Assembly: GCA_000165425.1 (NCBI GenBank) | Contig: CT868319.1 | Location: 186,001-250,000, forward strand | DNA: 64,000 bases | Reading direction: 5' to 3' | Source of the DNA: Paramecium tetraurelia | Taxonomy: Eukaryota | Part shown: piece by piece, positions 27,927 through 42,368 of the stretch | How the letters are laid out: every line of letters starts with the position of its first letter | Numbering within the stretch: position 1 is the first letter of the stretch | Program-made: the position numbers and the translations under genes | Notes under the pieces: model-generated | Seen by the model: only the letters and a program-made list of their open reading frames with translations | Databases searched by the model: none | What the model was told of the DNA's origin: nothing

Positions 27927-30206
27927 TCAAGTGCTATCATTTTATTTTTCAAGATCTTATTTAATTAAACTCCTTTTCTAAGAAAGGGACGATTTTAATT
28001 TTTGATGGTATTTGGCAAAAGGTCTGACATCTTAATCAATTTTTTGACAAACTTAGTAAATTAATTCTAATTCAGCCCCCAACATTGAAATAAGTTGCGA
28101 ATTTAGAGTTTCAGAAGATGATCCAGGTTATCTTTTGACAATTTCTTCATATGCCTAAATTATAGTTTCCAATGTTACATTATAGATTTATTAATACACA
28201 TAATTATTAAGAGGTTATGGAATAAAACTAGATCTCTTCTTCTTTCTGATTGATTCATGATTCATTCCAATTTTATTTTATCTTTTTTATTTCATCATCA
28301 TTCTTGCATAAACTAACATCTCTTCTTTGCTTGATATAATAAACAAACATTAATACTTATCTTTAGGTGTTTTGAGTTAGTTTTCCACCATGTTTCTATT
28401 GATTTTAAGATCCTCTTCTTCTAATGTAATTAAAGGCTTTGGAGTAAAATTAAACATGACCAATTACTTGGGTGTTAATAATACTTCTTTCAATTTATCA
28501 ATTTCATTCAGCCTTGTCAACAATGAGTATATGTCTGATTGTTGAATAATTTAATCACTTAAAATTAATAAACTAAATACTATGCTTTATTCATTAATTA
28601 GACCTTTGGAATCTTACTAAATAACATGCCACATGTAATAAAATTAAAAAATATTTTTAGATCTAGATTTATTGGTTTCTTTTTCTAAAACATTTTTTGT
28701 AATTAATTTTAAAAATAATCTAATCCAGATGAGCAACATAATTTAGTTGATAATTCTAAGGATATAATATTTAATAACTTTAGTCTTATTTAAGTGGTTA
28801 TGTCTAACTGTCAGTTATTCTAATTTCATTATCTGCGATAATAGCCTATTACATTTTTTGGTATATTTAGGAATCCTGGGCATTATTGTCATTAGCTTAA
28901 GTTTCAACCAGAATTTAGAGATTGTCTTGATATATTTTCTTTTGGTCTGAATCATCAATGCTAAAATCATATAGTTTATTTCCCAATTCTACCATATCTA
29001 GAGTCAAAAATAAGAAATACAATTGATTCTATTATATATAGTTACAAGTAGTCCAATAAAGAAGGAGAATATCTATAGAATACCTCCAATATTGGAAAGT
29101 AATTCATCTATTTTTTGATATTATCTCTAAAATTTAGTTTTGAAAGGCTTCTTGCGAAATAACAATTTAACAAAAGAGTCTTCAATAATCTCTGTGTAAT
29201 CTTATTGTACATCTGTTGGGTCCAATACATAAAAAGATCTTTCTTCAAACATACTAAATTTAATAGTATAATCAATTAACCTTATAGGAAGTAAACTTTC
29301 GTCATTAAGAAAATCAAATTTAGTAATGAAAGCATTAATAGATTTAGTAAAATTGATGTTGAAGGAAAAAGAAAATGAATCATCTATGAACGGTTGAACA
29401 TAAGATTCTTTAGGTTTATAAGGGTTTATAATCTAGTCATATGTGTGTTGATTACTTGATTGACTGTGAGTAATTTAATTTTGAATGTATGTTAGTCAGA
29501 TTCACGACAATTTGGTTTCCATTGATTAGTCGAATTATTTTAGCATTCTGAAACTGACAGATCAATAAATTGAAACAAAGTGCCTAATAATTATTGTCAA
29601 ACAAGATATTTACTTGATTAGGTCCCTCCAATTTGAATTTCTGAATTTATCCTAATATATATAACAATTATATCAATACGATGGGCACAGAAAGTTCTAT
29701 AATTGAAGTTATTAAAATTATTAATGGAAATTGACATTGTTTTCAGCAAAAATTTAATTAAAACGATCCAGTGTACATGGAACTAATTCTATTGGTTCAG
29801 TCTTCTTTAAAAGATCTCCTTATTAACTACGAGAATAAACTCTATGATATAATAATAGGCTACTTTTGTTTCAAAGTTATATTAAAATACGGGTTTTCAA
29901 TAAAATTATCTTATTCGATCTAAACAGCGAATAAGAAGTTAGAGTTATTAAAAGCAATTTGATCAACTTTATCATCGTACTCTGAAATTGTAATTACTTT
30001 CAACTATTCTTTCTATATAAAGGTAATAAAATTTGTGATGAAAATAGTCATCATAATCGCCATCACGCCAATGGATGCACAACCTCCTAAAACGGTCTTA
30101 TAATAAGCTTGCTTATTTATCCTCAAGAACACCATTTATCCAAAAATGTCCAGTTTTGCAATACCTTTGATAATATATTAAAGTAACCTGCTAATACTGA
30201 AACCAT
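27927..30206 (-). CDS. Ciliate 2-TM 'DIFG..TxxGG' family protein (copy 3)
   Basis: AKLDIFGQMVFL..YKTVLGG; same 4 Cys as copies 1 and 2; YQKIDELLSNIGGILQIFSFFIG. Confidence 0.8.
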
Positions 30207-30436
30207 TACTAAATAATTATGTTATTTTTTATATTATTCTTTGCTTTAATTACGTAAGCAAAGGCACAATTAAAACAATGGATTATAAAATATTTTGACA
30301 ATAAATGATATCTCCTCTTATAACATTCCTCCTAAAATAGATTAATATAATGAAACAGAATACTTAAGTTGCGAAAATTAATAGAAATCATAAAATATGA
30401 TTTTATCATAAGAAATAACATATATTAAACGAAATA

Positions 30437-31710
30437 TGAAATTAGATCCATGGTTGCCAGACTCCTCTATTAATATACTTATTTAAATAAAATAGATGAT
30501 GATATTTAACATTACAATAAAGAATACTGATTGTAATGTATATATAAATGAGGGAATAAATTTAATAAAAGCATAAGAGATTAAAATATTCATATTATTT
30601 TGAATAAACATTTTTTTATTTTAATGGTCAATTCATTGATAATAAGCTGGCATGCAGCAAATTGATTTATAGAACAAATGAGTTAATACAAATATGAATT
30701 ATTTAAAAAAATTAACACTTTAATGATTTAGATAATATAAATTAAAAGGTAAATAGAAAATGTAATAGAGCTAAATTTACTTAAAAAAGCACCAATAGAG
30801 CTAGGTTTTAATCTATAGTATGATAATACTGATAGCAGAATAAAATTATGATAATTCTGCCAATAATACTTTTATTCAAAATAATCTATAAATTAGTTAA
30901 TTAAAGAAATTTAGATATTGTTTTAAAAACCCTAAACATTCCTTTGGAATGTCTTAGACATTAATTCAAAACTCTGATATCCACAAGTTAGGAAGAATAT
31001 ACAAAAAAAATTATGATTTACATCTTATCATTAGTATCTATTCTAAAAATAAATCAAGGAATCAAATATCTGTCTCTTTAGCATTTTTTATAAAACAAAC
31101 ATTTATAAAATATCTTCTTATCTATAAATATCTTTAAATATTATAAGTTCAAAGGAAGAATAAAATCATAGCGTAATGACCAATAAATAATTAGAGAAAT
31201 ACGTTGCAGATAAAGTTTCTATAAATCAAAGAAATAAAATTAAAAGGTTTGAGATTTTTTATCCAAATTTATATGATATAATGAAATTGAACAAAGAAAG
31301 CCAAACTTTCTGAATCAATCTTATGAACCACTCAATAATTATTATATTAAAAGTTTCAAAGAAAATCAGAAATTTTATACATTATATAATGAGCTAATTT
31401 AACAATGTATAAGTATAGGGTGAAAATGAAAATAGAATTTTGAATTAGTAAATATAATGGAAGTTGGAACAATTTCTATTCTAAAATAGTATCTACTTAA
31501 TGATGTTGAGAAGCTTACGTGGTTTTTTGGAGAATTCAATTTTACTCATCAAATTAGTATCCTGAAATCTCAAATTGTAGATGATTATATTATAATAGAT
31601 TATTAAAAAACTTAAACATTCATTATTTTAAATTTTTAATCTATAAGAAAGCGAAATACTTGGCATTTCATAATCAAAAATTCTTATAAGAGAATACTAC
31701 TTCAATGAAT
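30437..31710 (+). pseudogene. Probable decayed gene remnant
   Basis: Unusually long gap with coding-like fragments (MKLDPWLPDSS..., EVGTISILK..KLTWFFGEF) broken by TGA codons. Confidence 0.3.
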
Positions 31711-32068
31711 ATATTACAATAAAATAACGTGATTTTTGAGGATTTCATTCTTAATTGTTTTATACAAGCTTTACAATATTTTAAGTATGACTACTTTGTC
31801 ATATAAATATAATTGTGTATACAATACTTAAACACTATAAATTGTTACTTAGTATAAAGCAAAATAGAAAAAGTTTAAATTTAATAGCGAAAGCGAAAAA
31901 AATTTAAAAAATGGATTCTTACTAAATTACCATTATTGGATGAAATGATCTTTTGAAATAACATATATATTTTCGTTATTTAATGTGAATTATTAAAAAG
32001 AATTTCATTAATCCTCCATGGAAATATTAAAGAAACTTTAATATAAATGTTAAAATTAAATAATAAAT

Positions 32069-33324
<1,256 letters not shown>

Positions 33325-33386
33325 ATTAATTAATATTATTTATAGATGTGGTTAAAGGGGATTTGTTTATATAATTAAATTTAAAT
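33325..33386. promoter_or_regulatory. Putative bidirectional promoter between actin and DAW1
   Basis: 62-nt gap between divergent ATGs; AT-rich flanks around a G-rich core gatgtggttaaaggggatttg. Confidence 0.5.
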
Positions 33387-34853
33387 ATGAAGCTGAAGAG
33401 GTTTCTCTTGAGATACTACCCTCCTGGCATCATTCTAGAGTATATTCGCAGTAATGGAGAATAGGAGACTAAGTCTATTGATTTGTTAAATCTGAGCAAT
33501 GAGTAAGGATGACAATTTATCAATAGCACTGATGTAGATCAGTTGGTTGATGAAATTGTGATGGAGGAACCTATCATTTCAGAAAATAGAAAGCCATAAC
33601 TAGCAGCATTGATTCGCAGTATCAACTGATTTTATTTAGAACTAATTGAAAAGATCGAATCAAAGAAGGAACAATCATTTGAGTTGTTCAAGACTCTCAA
33701 AGCACACATGTTACCTCTAACAAATTGCGCATTCAATAAGAACGGGGACAAGTATTGATTCCACTATGTAGATTCATCACAGGTAGTTATGATAGAACAT
33801 GTAAAGTATGGGACACTTTCACAGGAGAATAATTGGTCTCTTTGGAAGGTCATAAGAATGTCGTATATTGCATTGCATTCAACAATCCCTTTGGGTATTC
33901 TATAGTCGTTATTTCCATAGGGATCGCGTTGCGACAGGCTCTTTTGATAAAACTGCAAAAATTTGGGATGCCACTTCAGGAAAGTGTCTATAGACATTTG
34001 TTGGACATCAATATGAAATAGTTTGTATTTCCTTTGATCCCCATTCCTTACTTGTGGCAACAGGATCTATGGATAAAACTGCGAGATTATGGGATGTTGA
34101 GACAGGAAAATAAATAGCTAGATTGGATGGACATGATGGTGAAATTGTCAGTTTGCATTACAACTCTGATGGTGATAAATTGCTTACAGGTTCATTTGAT
34201 AAAACTGCTATGGTAAGGCTTATTCATCACATCATAGATTTGGGATGTGAGATCTGGTGAATGTATACACATTTTAGATGAACACACAGGTGAGATTTCA
34301 AGTACTTAATTTGAATTTACAGGAGATTATTGTGCTACTGGTTCGATAGATAAGTAATCTTGCAAATATATGATATAGAACTTGTAAAATTTGGGATATT
34401 AAAACAGGAAAATGCATAGAAACACTTCGAGGACATTAAGATGAAGTACAAGACATCTGCTTCAATTCCACAGGTTTCTATTTTCGTCTATCATCTCTAA
34501 GGAACCAGATTAGTCACAGTCTCAGCTGATGCAACTGGAAGATTATACAATGTCAATTCTGGATAATGTATTGCCCAACTCTTAGGACACAAAGGGGAAA
34601 TCTCTAAAGTTGCTTTCAATCCCTCAGGAAACAAAATCATTACTGCAAGTGCAGATAATACAGCTAGAATTTTGTAAAATTCATCTTAATCTTTTTCAGT
34701 TCAGAAACTGGAGAATGTCTGTAAGTATTGGAAGGTCACACTGATGAAATATTTAGTTGTGCATTCAATTATGAAGGAGATATCATCATCACAGGATCTA
34801 AAGATAACTCATGCAAAATTTGGAAAGAAGCTAATCTGTAGGTTAAAAAATGA
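33387..34853 (+). CDS. DAW1: Dynein assembly factor with WD repeats 1 (ODA16/WDR69)
   Basis: Diagnostic [49 protein letters not shown] repeats; tiny introns (e.g. 33752-33771). Confidence 0.95.
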
Positions 34854-35077
34854 CTGTTTCCATATATATATCTATATATATTCATCAAATATTCTATGGA
34901 TGCGATAGGAATGTCTAATCTATCGCATTTTCTCTATATTAAAAATAATGTTAACTCAATTAAAATAGTAACAGATATGTCTTTCATTTAATTCTAACGT
35001 TGTGTATGTTGGAAAAGATTCAATAAATTGCATGTTTTCTAATAAATATTCAAGTAAATAAATTAATTACATTATAA

Positions 35078-37006
35078 ATGGATGACAATGTATAAGAGTC
35101 AGCTTACTTACTCAGCATTGCATATCTATTATTGGGTTTGATTTTTATATTCCTGGCATTATATAGCATACCATGTTTATGGAAGGCTTGGAAATGTCGA
35201 CAATTCTTCCCAAAGGTTTTTTATCTGTTTATATTGGCAATCTGCAGTGATCAAGCCACGTACTAGTTACTCTATTTATATGAAGTATTTAGAACTTATT
35301 TCAAAGGTCATTACAGCAATAAAGAAAGAAAAAGATGATTAGTCATAAACAGAATCATTCCGCATTATTTTCTTTCAAACAATCTATGTTCCAGATGCTA
35401 TATTTTTTGTGATTTACTTCTCATTATTTTGGCAGTTCTTAATTATGATGCATCACGGTAGAATTAAAACTGGTAGCATTGATATTGGTAAAAAATACAT
35501 TAATATCAGGAAAAAGGAACTGGAATCCAGAACAAGCAAATTCCAAAGTGCGTCTAATATTATACTTATACATCATAGGCTAAGCTATTGTGATATGGTA
35601 ATTCATGGCTTAAGAACTATCGCCGAAAGCTATAATGATATGTGATATAGCTGTTAATGCTTCCGTTCCAATAATTGTGGTAATAATGGTTTTGTACCTA
35701 AATATTAAATTCTCAGGATCGCCTTTTGTTTCAAACAGGTATGAAAAGAGTAACAATAAAATACAATAACTATTGTGGATATGGATTTTACTAAGAATTC
35801 CTTAATTGGCTGTTAATGTAATAGTTGTTGTCTACAATGATGATTTAATAGCTTTAATGGGTGGAAAATTGGAAGTAACCTTTATTGAATAGCTTTTATT
35901 GATTTTGTTTATAGTTGGAGATATTATTATTGTTTAAATTATTCCTGTTTTGATGGCAATGTCTAATAGTTTCTTGAGTGCATTACTGCTTGATCACTAC
36001 AAAATAAATTAAATTATAAGTGTAGAAGCTTTTTCAGGTGATATAGATCATTAATAGCAAGGATAGGGGATAGTTCCAACAAAAAATACAACAAGAGATT
36101 ACTCTTTATTTATTAACCTAAAGTTAAAGGATTTAGAAATCAATGATAGATAATTCTTTAGAAAATATAATGGATTTGGGGAAATTAAAATTGCAACATT
36201 GCAAAAAGACTCAAAGTAATATGCACTAAGAGTTGTGCAATTTAAAGAATTAAGTACTTTTTTAATTGATGAAACAAAATAAGAAATCTAAACAATCAAT
36301 AACATTAGAAAGGGATATAAAATATTTTGGTTTGATTGTAATGAATCTAGCATTTATCTTTTATCTAAATTTTATCCAAATTCAAATTTAAATAACTTTA
36401 TTCATAAAAATACAGATAATGGAAATGAACAAATAAAAGTTATTACTACCTCTTACACTAATAAATAATTATTAATTCGAGTGAATATTGCTACTGATCT
36501 TATTAAAGAAATCTAGAATTTGCATGATTAAAGTATCATTCATGGACACCTAAATTCAAATAATATCTTATTTACAGATAAATTTAAAATAAAAATTGTT
36601 GATTATGGACTAAGAGCAATAAAAAAATATGCTAGTTTGGTTAATGGATATTGTAACAAGAATGGATTTACAGCACCTGAATGTTTAAATGATAGAGGAA
36701 GTGTAGTTTCGTAGATGGCCATAAAAGAATCAGATATATATTCATTTGGAATGATTCTCTATCATTTATTCACAGAAACTGTACCCTTTTTTGTAAATAT
36801 ATATGTATATTCTTAATTAGAATATGCCACAAAAAGATATAGTTCAATTAGTTAAGGAATAGTAATCTAGGCCCAAAATTCCGGAATCATTTAATCCAAA
36901 TATAGCAACTTTAATAAGATGCTGTTGGTAATAAGAACCAATCAAAAGACCAAATTCAAGTTAGATTCTATAGACTTTAAAATAAATATCAGAAAGCTTA
37001 GAATGA
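35078..37006 (+). CDS. 7-TM (THH1/TOM1/GPR137-like) protein fused to a TKL-like pseudokinase
   Basis: Seven hydrophobic helices including YVPDAIFFVIYFSLFWQF and IIVQIIPVLMAM; kinase fold YALRV, HGHLNSNNILF, VDYGL, FTAPE, SDIYSFGMILY, KRP. Confidence 0.8.
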
Positions 37007-37318
37007 AAACTTATATATATATTTATTAATTCCATTACATTTATAATTCAATCTATCTTATCAAATTTGTTTATCAATCTTAAAAATCCTTATATTTATT
37101 TCATTTTCATAAAGCTCCATTTTTATAAAGTCATGAAGAAGATGTTAATGCATCATTTTGAATTTTGGTTTAAACTACAAATATTCAACAACCTTAAGGT
37201 AAGCAACCTCAACAGAGAAATTCTACTTAATTATACTCATTTTATCTTTGTCTACAAAATTAAATTAACTATATTATACTATAATTTTTAGGGTAAATTA
37301 ATAACATATTAAACTAAA

Positions 37319-38690
37319 ATGAAATTCCTTTCAGAATTTTCTCTGCTGAATATCGGAAATCTTATATGTTGTCTTGGGCTATCATTAATAGCTCCCTTTT
37401 ATCCAACATATGCAGAAAAATTTGATGTATCAGGATCCTTGTTGGGTCTCATTTTTGGAATTAATCCGATAGGAGGAATTTTGTCTTCCCTGATTGTTGG
37501 GAAAATTCTAAATAAAGTAAGATTTTGTAGTTATTCATACAAAGAACAACCAAGTTAATATTTTGTCCTTAGGAATGCTAATTCAATCTATTGGAATGTT
37601 TTGTTATCCACTTTTGACATTTACGACTAACAGAACAATATTTATTACCATTTCCTTATTGGGAAGGTTTATAAGTGGATTTGTAAATATATTATAAAGA
37701 TTATAGGGAGCATAAACATTTGTAACCCCACTTTATGCAATTATAACATAAAAATATGCAGATTCAATCAACTAAAAAATGGCAACAACAGAATTTTTTT
37801 CCTCATTTGGTTATTTATGTGGTCCAGTAATAGGATCAATCTTATATACAATAGGAGGATTTTCATTTCCATTTCTACTTTTTGCTTGCTTTTCTGTTAT
37901 CATAGCGATAATAATAAAATTACAATTCGAAAAATAGGAAGAAAAAGCAATTAATAAAATTCCCGAACCTGTCATCTCTGACATATACGACATCGAATGT
38001 CCATCAACAACATCATTTTATAATGAAACTGATATATCAATTGGTTACTATGACCTTATCAAATATTTCCCAGTATCATCATCATTATTTGTAATTTTGG
38101 CATTATGTATAACTTTTACATTTTATTATCCAACTTATGCAATATATTTTGAAGAGAATTTCAACATTCCCCCACAACATGTAGGCTTTTACATGGCTGC
38201 AGTTTCATTAGCCTATAGTGTTGGAGCTTTGACTGTATCAAGAATTAATGTCAATAAATCAAAAGCCATTTTTATAGGAATGGTTGTTGTATCAATATCA
38301 TAATTTTTTATGGGTCCTGATCCACTAATGAATATCAGTCCCAAGATTTTCATAACTGTTAGTGCTTAAGCAACATTTGGATTTTTTTCTGCGCCACCTT
38401 TCATTATGGCTCTCCCTAAAATTACAGAGGAATTATAAGCAAAATTTAAAAAGTCTGATCATGAAAAATGTAACTCCTTAGCATCTGGTTTATTTAATGC
38501 GGTGATTTCAACTGGAGATTTTTTAGGTCCAGTATTTTCAGGAGTTTTGGCTGAGTTCTTTTCTTTTCAAAGATCATGCAGTTATTTAGGTTTGTATTTA
38601 GTTGCCACAACTTTACTATTTCTTCCAAATCTATTTACATCCAAGAAAGTTTAGTAAGTTTAAATAAAATCTTATAAAGAATATTTATGA
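37319..38690 (+). CDS. MFS transporter (SLC18B1-like)
   Basis: SLIAPFYP, GRFISGF, GYLCGPVIGSILYTIGGFSFPF, ASGLFNA..GDFLGPVFSG; about 12 TM segments. Confidence 0.88.
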
Positions 38691-39274
38691 TGTTATAATT
38701 TCATTTGTTTATGATTTCTATATTAATCAATATAAATTGTTCTCAAATATAAGTAATTTCTAAAGAGATTAAAGAGACACAAATAGTAATATATTTATGA
38801 TTGAATAAATAAACAGATAAACCTAAAACTTATTTTCTAGCTAATAGAATGAAATTGCAATAGTGGAAATGCAAAATTTGAAGAATCAAAATGAACAAAA
38901 GATAGAAATTTGTAGCAAATCTAGTATATCTAAATGATACAAAAGCTGATTAAGGAACAGGTTATACTGTATATGAAATTACAATGAGAAGTCATGGTTC
39001 TCGAATATTAAAACTATCTAACATTATTTAAGAATCATTAATGGTTCTGAGTCACCAAACTTGAATGGAAGATCTTTAAAATAATTTTTTTCGTATTTGT
39101 ATATATTTCGATCTAATTGCTGAAGAGTATATTTTTTCATTTTTTTCATTCTGATTCTTCATTATTTATATAACAAATATCATCAAAGGATATAATTTGA
39201 ACACTAATAAGGAATAATTTCTTTGGTTATGATTGGAATTCAGCATGATAAATTAATTTATTATTAAATTTAAT

Positions 39275-39581
39275 ATGAGTAAATAACCAGAGTATATACT
39301 TGACTCATATAAAGTGCCATATTATTTATAAGATTCATGCGTAGATGAATACGTGTACTACCAATAATGTCTAAGACACAATCCCAGATTTTTTGAAAAT
39401 AAATTGATACATTCATTGCCATTTGCAAGTGCTTTGAGTAATTGTGCAAAAAAGTAGCAAATATTTGTGAGAGTAAGTTAAGCTTTTAAAATTTAAGTGC
39501 CAAGAATACAGGGAAAGAGAAATGTTTGAAGAAATGCGAAAGATCTATGTAGAAAGTGTAAGAAAAGGAGAAGAAAGATGA
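39275..39581 (+). CDS. NDUFB7: Twin CX9C protein, likely complex I subunit NDUFB7 (B18)
   Basis: VPYYLQDSCVDEYVYYQQC...CAKKQQIFVRCQEY (two CX9C motifs); intron 39473-39497. Confidence 0.7.
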
Positions 39582-39616
39582 ATTAATGTATAATTATACA
39601 AAAAAAATAAAAAATT

Positions 39617-39697
39617 CGTCAGCTACAGGATTTGAACCTGTGCGGGTAAACCCAGCGGATTTCGAGTCCGCCTCCTTAACCACTCGGACAAACTGAC
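39617..39697 (-). tRNA. tRNA-Ser(CGA)
   Basis: GTCAGTTTGTCCGAGTGGTTAAGGAG-GCGGA CT CGA AA TCCGC-variable arm-CACAGGTTCAAATCCTGTAGCTGACG; oligo-T terminator immediately downstream. Confidence 0.96.
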
Positions 39698-40434
39698 AAC
39701 TTCTAATTAATTATCCATACATTAATATATTTATATTACGAATTATAATAAGAGGAGATTTCATAACCATTTCTAAGCTACTTTAATTGAGAACATGAAC
39801 AATTCAAATGATCATAGGGATAACTGTATTATTATCATAATTGTTTGATAAAAGATGTAAAATAATATGGAGGTAGGATTTGAATAATTATTGTTTAACT
39901 TTTATTAAGAGATGTTTAATATTGATTAAAATGTAATTGGTCATCAAGGGGTCAAGAAAGAAAAATTGTTGAATGATCAACAGAATACTTTGCTATTAAA
40001 ATATTAAGAAAATTATCTGGAGGAAAAATATTTTTGATTTTACAATAGAAATATTAATGGATATTCATAATAATTCATATAAATAATACAACAAATAAAA
40101 TATATATAGAAAAATAATTGTCTAAATTAATTATTTTACTTTTGCAAGCAGGAGTATCAAAATTTCATATATAAATAATTGATAGTTGTATAGTTTTTAT
40201 TACTAAGTATATATCTATCTAAAGAATAATTATAAATTAATAATAAAACCCAACTGAAAAGATTATAAAATAATTAATTCAATATGATAATCAATATTTC
40301 AATTAAGAAAGATTGCATAAATGAAATGTAGTTTAACTTAATAAAATTGAAAGTTTAATCTCTCTATTGATGTTTTAAATTGTAATACACGAATATTAAG
40401 AGACAAATGATTCATAAATGTAATTTATACTTAA

Positions 40435-42352
40435 TCATTCTTCATCAAAATCATTATCAACATCATCTGGCACATCTTCAGGTATTTTTGGTAAGGGATG
40501 CTCTTCATCATATTTAAGTTCCCATTCTTCTCTATTAGGTGGTTCTTGGTCTTCTTATTATTGGATAGAATTCTTATACTCTTCAAACTTTTATTCTTTT
40601 TCCTAAAAATGAATTGACAAATAAATTACTTCTTTAATTTTTGCAACTTACTCAGTTGTTTCCTAAATCAATTTTCTAAGATTGGCAATCTTCTCTCTTC
40701 TGATTTCAATATCTAGAACTCTTAATTTGATGATGTACTGCATCCATTTCAAGATTTTAGCATAACAAACATTATACTCTTCCACTTATTCAACTGTGAA
40801 TTTGCTAATTCTCTTTTAGATTCTATTCAATTTAGCATGTTTGGGCACTTCTTCAGTTCTAGCTCCTCTGTATTCATAATCAAGTATTTTTTAAATCAAG
40901 TCTTCACAAATGTAATGTTTAACTCCAGTCCAATCTAGTTGATTAGTTCCTTTCTCAAGTAGATTCTCCTTATTATAATTTAGGAATAGCATTAAAGCCA
41001 ATAATAGACCAGGATATTTAAGTACTCTGACTTGTTTCAAAGAAAACAATTCTTATTGCAATTGTTGAATTTATTAAGCAACAGTGTTAGCTCTGATAGA
41101 TAGCAATGCAAATTAATGTTCCTTTTCTCTTTCCTTCAAATCATCATACTGAGATTATTAAGACTCCACTGCCTACTCTTCTTAAACTGTCAATGCTTCT
41201 GATCTCTCCTTCACTCCTTACTCTTGATAAGCAATCATATGATCGATGTCTTCTGACAGTAATTTGCTTTCCATTTGATTCCAACTTTATGCAAACAAAT
41301 TCACATAATCCTCAAAGTATTATCTGTCTTTCTGACTGATTTCAACATCCTTACCCAAAGTATCAAAACATACAACGAATTATCGTTTTAAAGATTGGAA
41401 TGGAGCTTCACTCTCATCTTACCAATTGGCTAAGTATTGATCTAACTCTTCTTGAATGGGAGTTGGATCTTGTTCAGTCTCTGTAGCTTCTTTGAGTCTA
41501 GAATTGAATTCATTTATTTTATTTTCCTTCTCTAATTTCTTTTCCACATCTGCTTTTTTGAATCTCAATCTCTCTTCAATTCCAGCATCTAATGAAGCTG
41601 GAAGCAAACACGATTAATAAATAAGTGGAATTGCTAAGAATGCTCCCAACTTTTTCCATTTAAAATAGATGAGTTTCTACTCTTTAGTTACATCTGGTAT
41701 GTAAATTATGGGGGATTAAGGTTGTTGTCCTTCTTCTGGAGGTGGAATTTCTCTAAATACTTCACCAGTAATTCCTACTTCATTTAGAGGGAGGGTTTGA
41801 CCAATCATGAAACTGTGATCATCGTTGGCTCCTATGTATTTAATCAATTTTGGTTATTCTGAATCAAGATGAGCATTTTCATCATCATCATTTTCATTAA
41901 TTTATTTATTTGGGAAATCAACATATCCTACATAGACTCCTGTAAGACCCTTCTTTTGGAGATGATTACAAAAGTCTTTGATCAATAATTTTTAATGGAA
42001 TTCATGGGTTTTGATTATATTTTGAAATTCCAATTCCCTCAGATTTTCTTCATCTTGTAACTGTTTCTCTCTGCGATCTTTCTCTTCTTAAACCTCTTAT
42101 TCCTTCTTCTGTTGCTCTCTGAATTATTTCTATTAATTACATTAATTCCTCCTTATGAGTAATGTGATCTTGCATGGATCCTCTATTGGACTCAGTTCGA
42201 TTATGATTCAACAACCAATTTGCCAAATACTCAACTGGGAATTGTGGTTTCACTCGATACAACTCAGCCAACCCTTTTGTAATGACCTTCCCTATGCGCT
42301 CAGACTTTAAATAAGCCATATCTATTTTATCTGTTTCAGGTATCAAGTTCAT
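40435..42352 (-). CDS. Dpy-30 motif + GAF-like domain protein (radial spoke RSP2-like)
   Basis: MAYLKSERIGKVITKGLAELYRVKPQFPVEYLANWLL (Dpy-30); coiled coil; VYVGY..EGITGEVF..IYIPDV..GAFLAIPL..VCFDTLG (GAF-like); acidic tail. Confidence 0.72.
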
Positions 42353-42368
42353 TAAATAATATAATAAA

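Noticed and set aside
38891..39064. Short ORF MNKRQKFVANL...
   Set aside because: Under 60 codons with no motif; expected by chance with a single stop codon
39935..40030. EYFAIKILRK kinase-like peptide in the intergenic region
   Set aside because: Short, preceded by a TGA, and no other kinase subdomains found; could be chance or an unprovable relic
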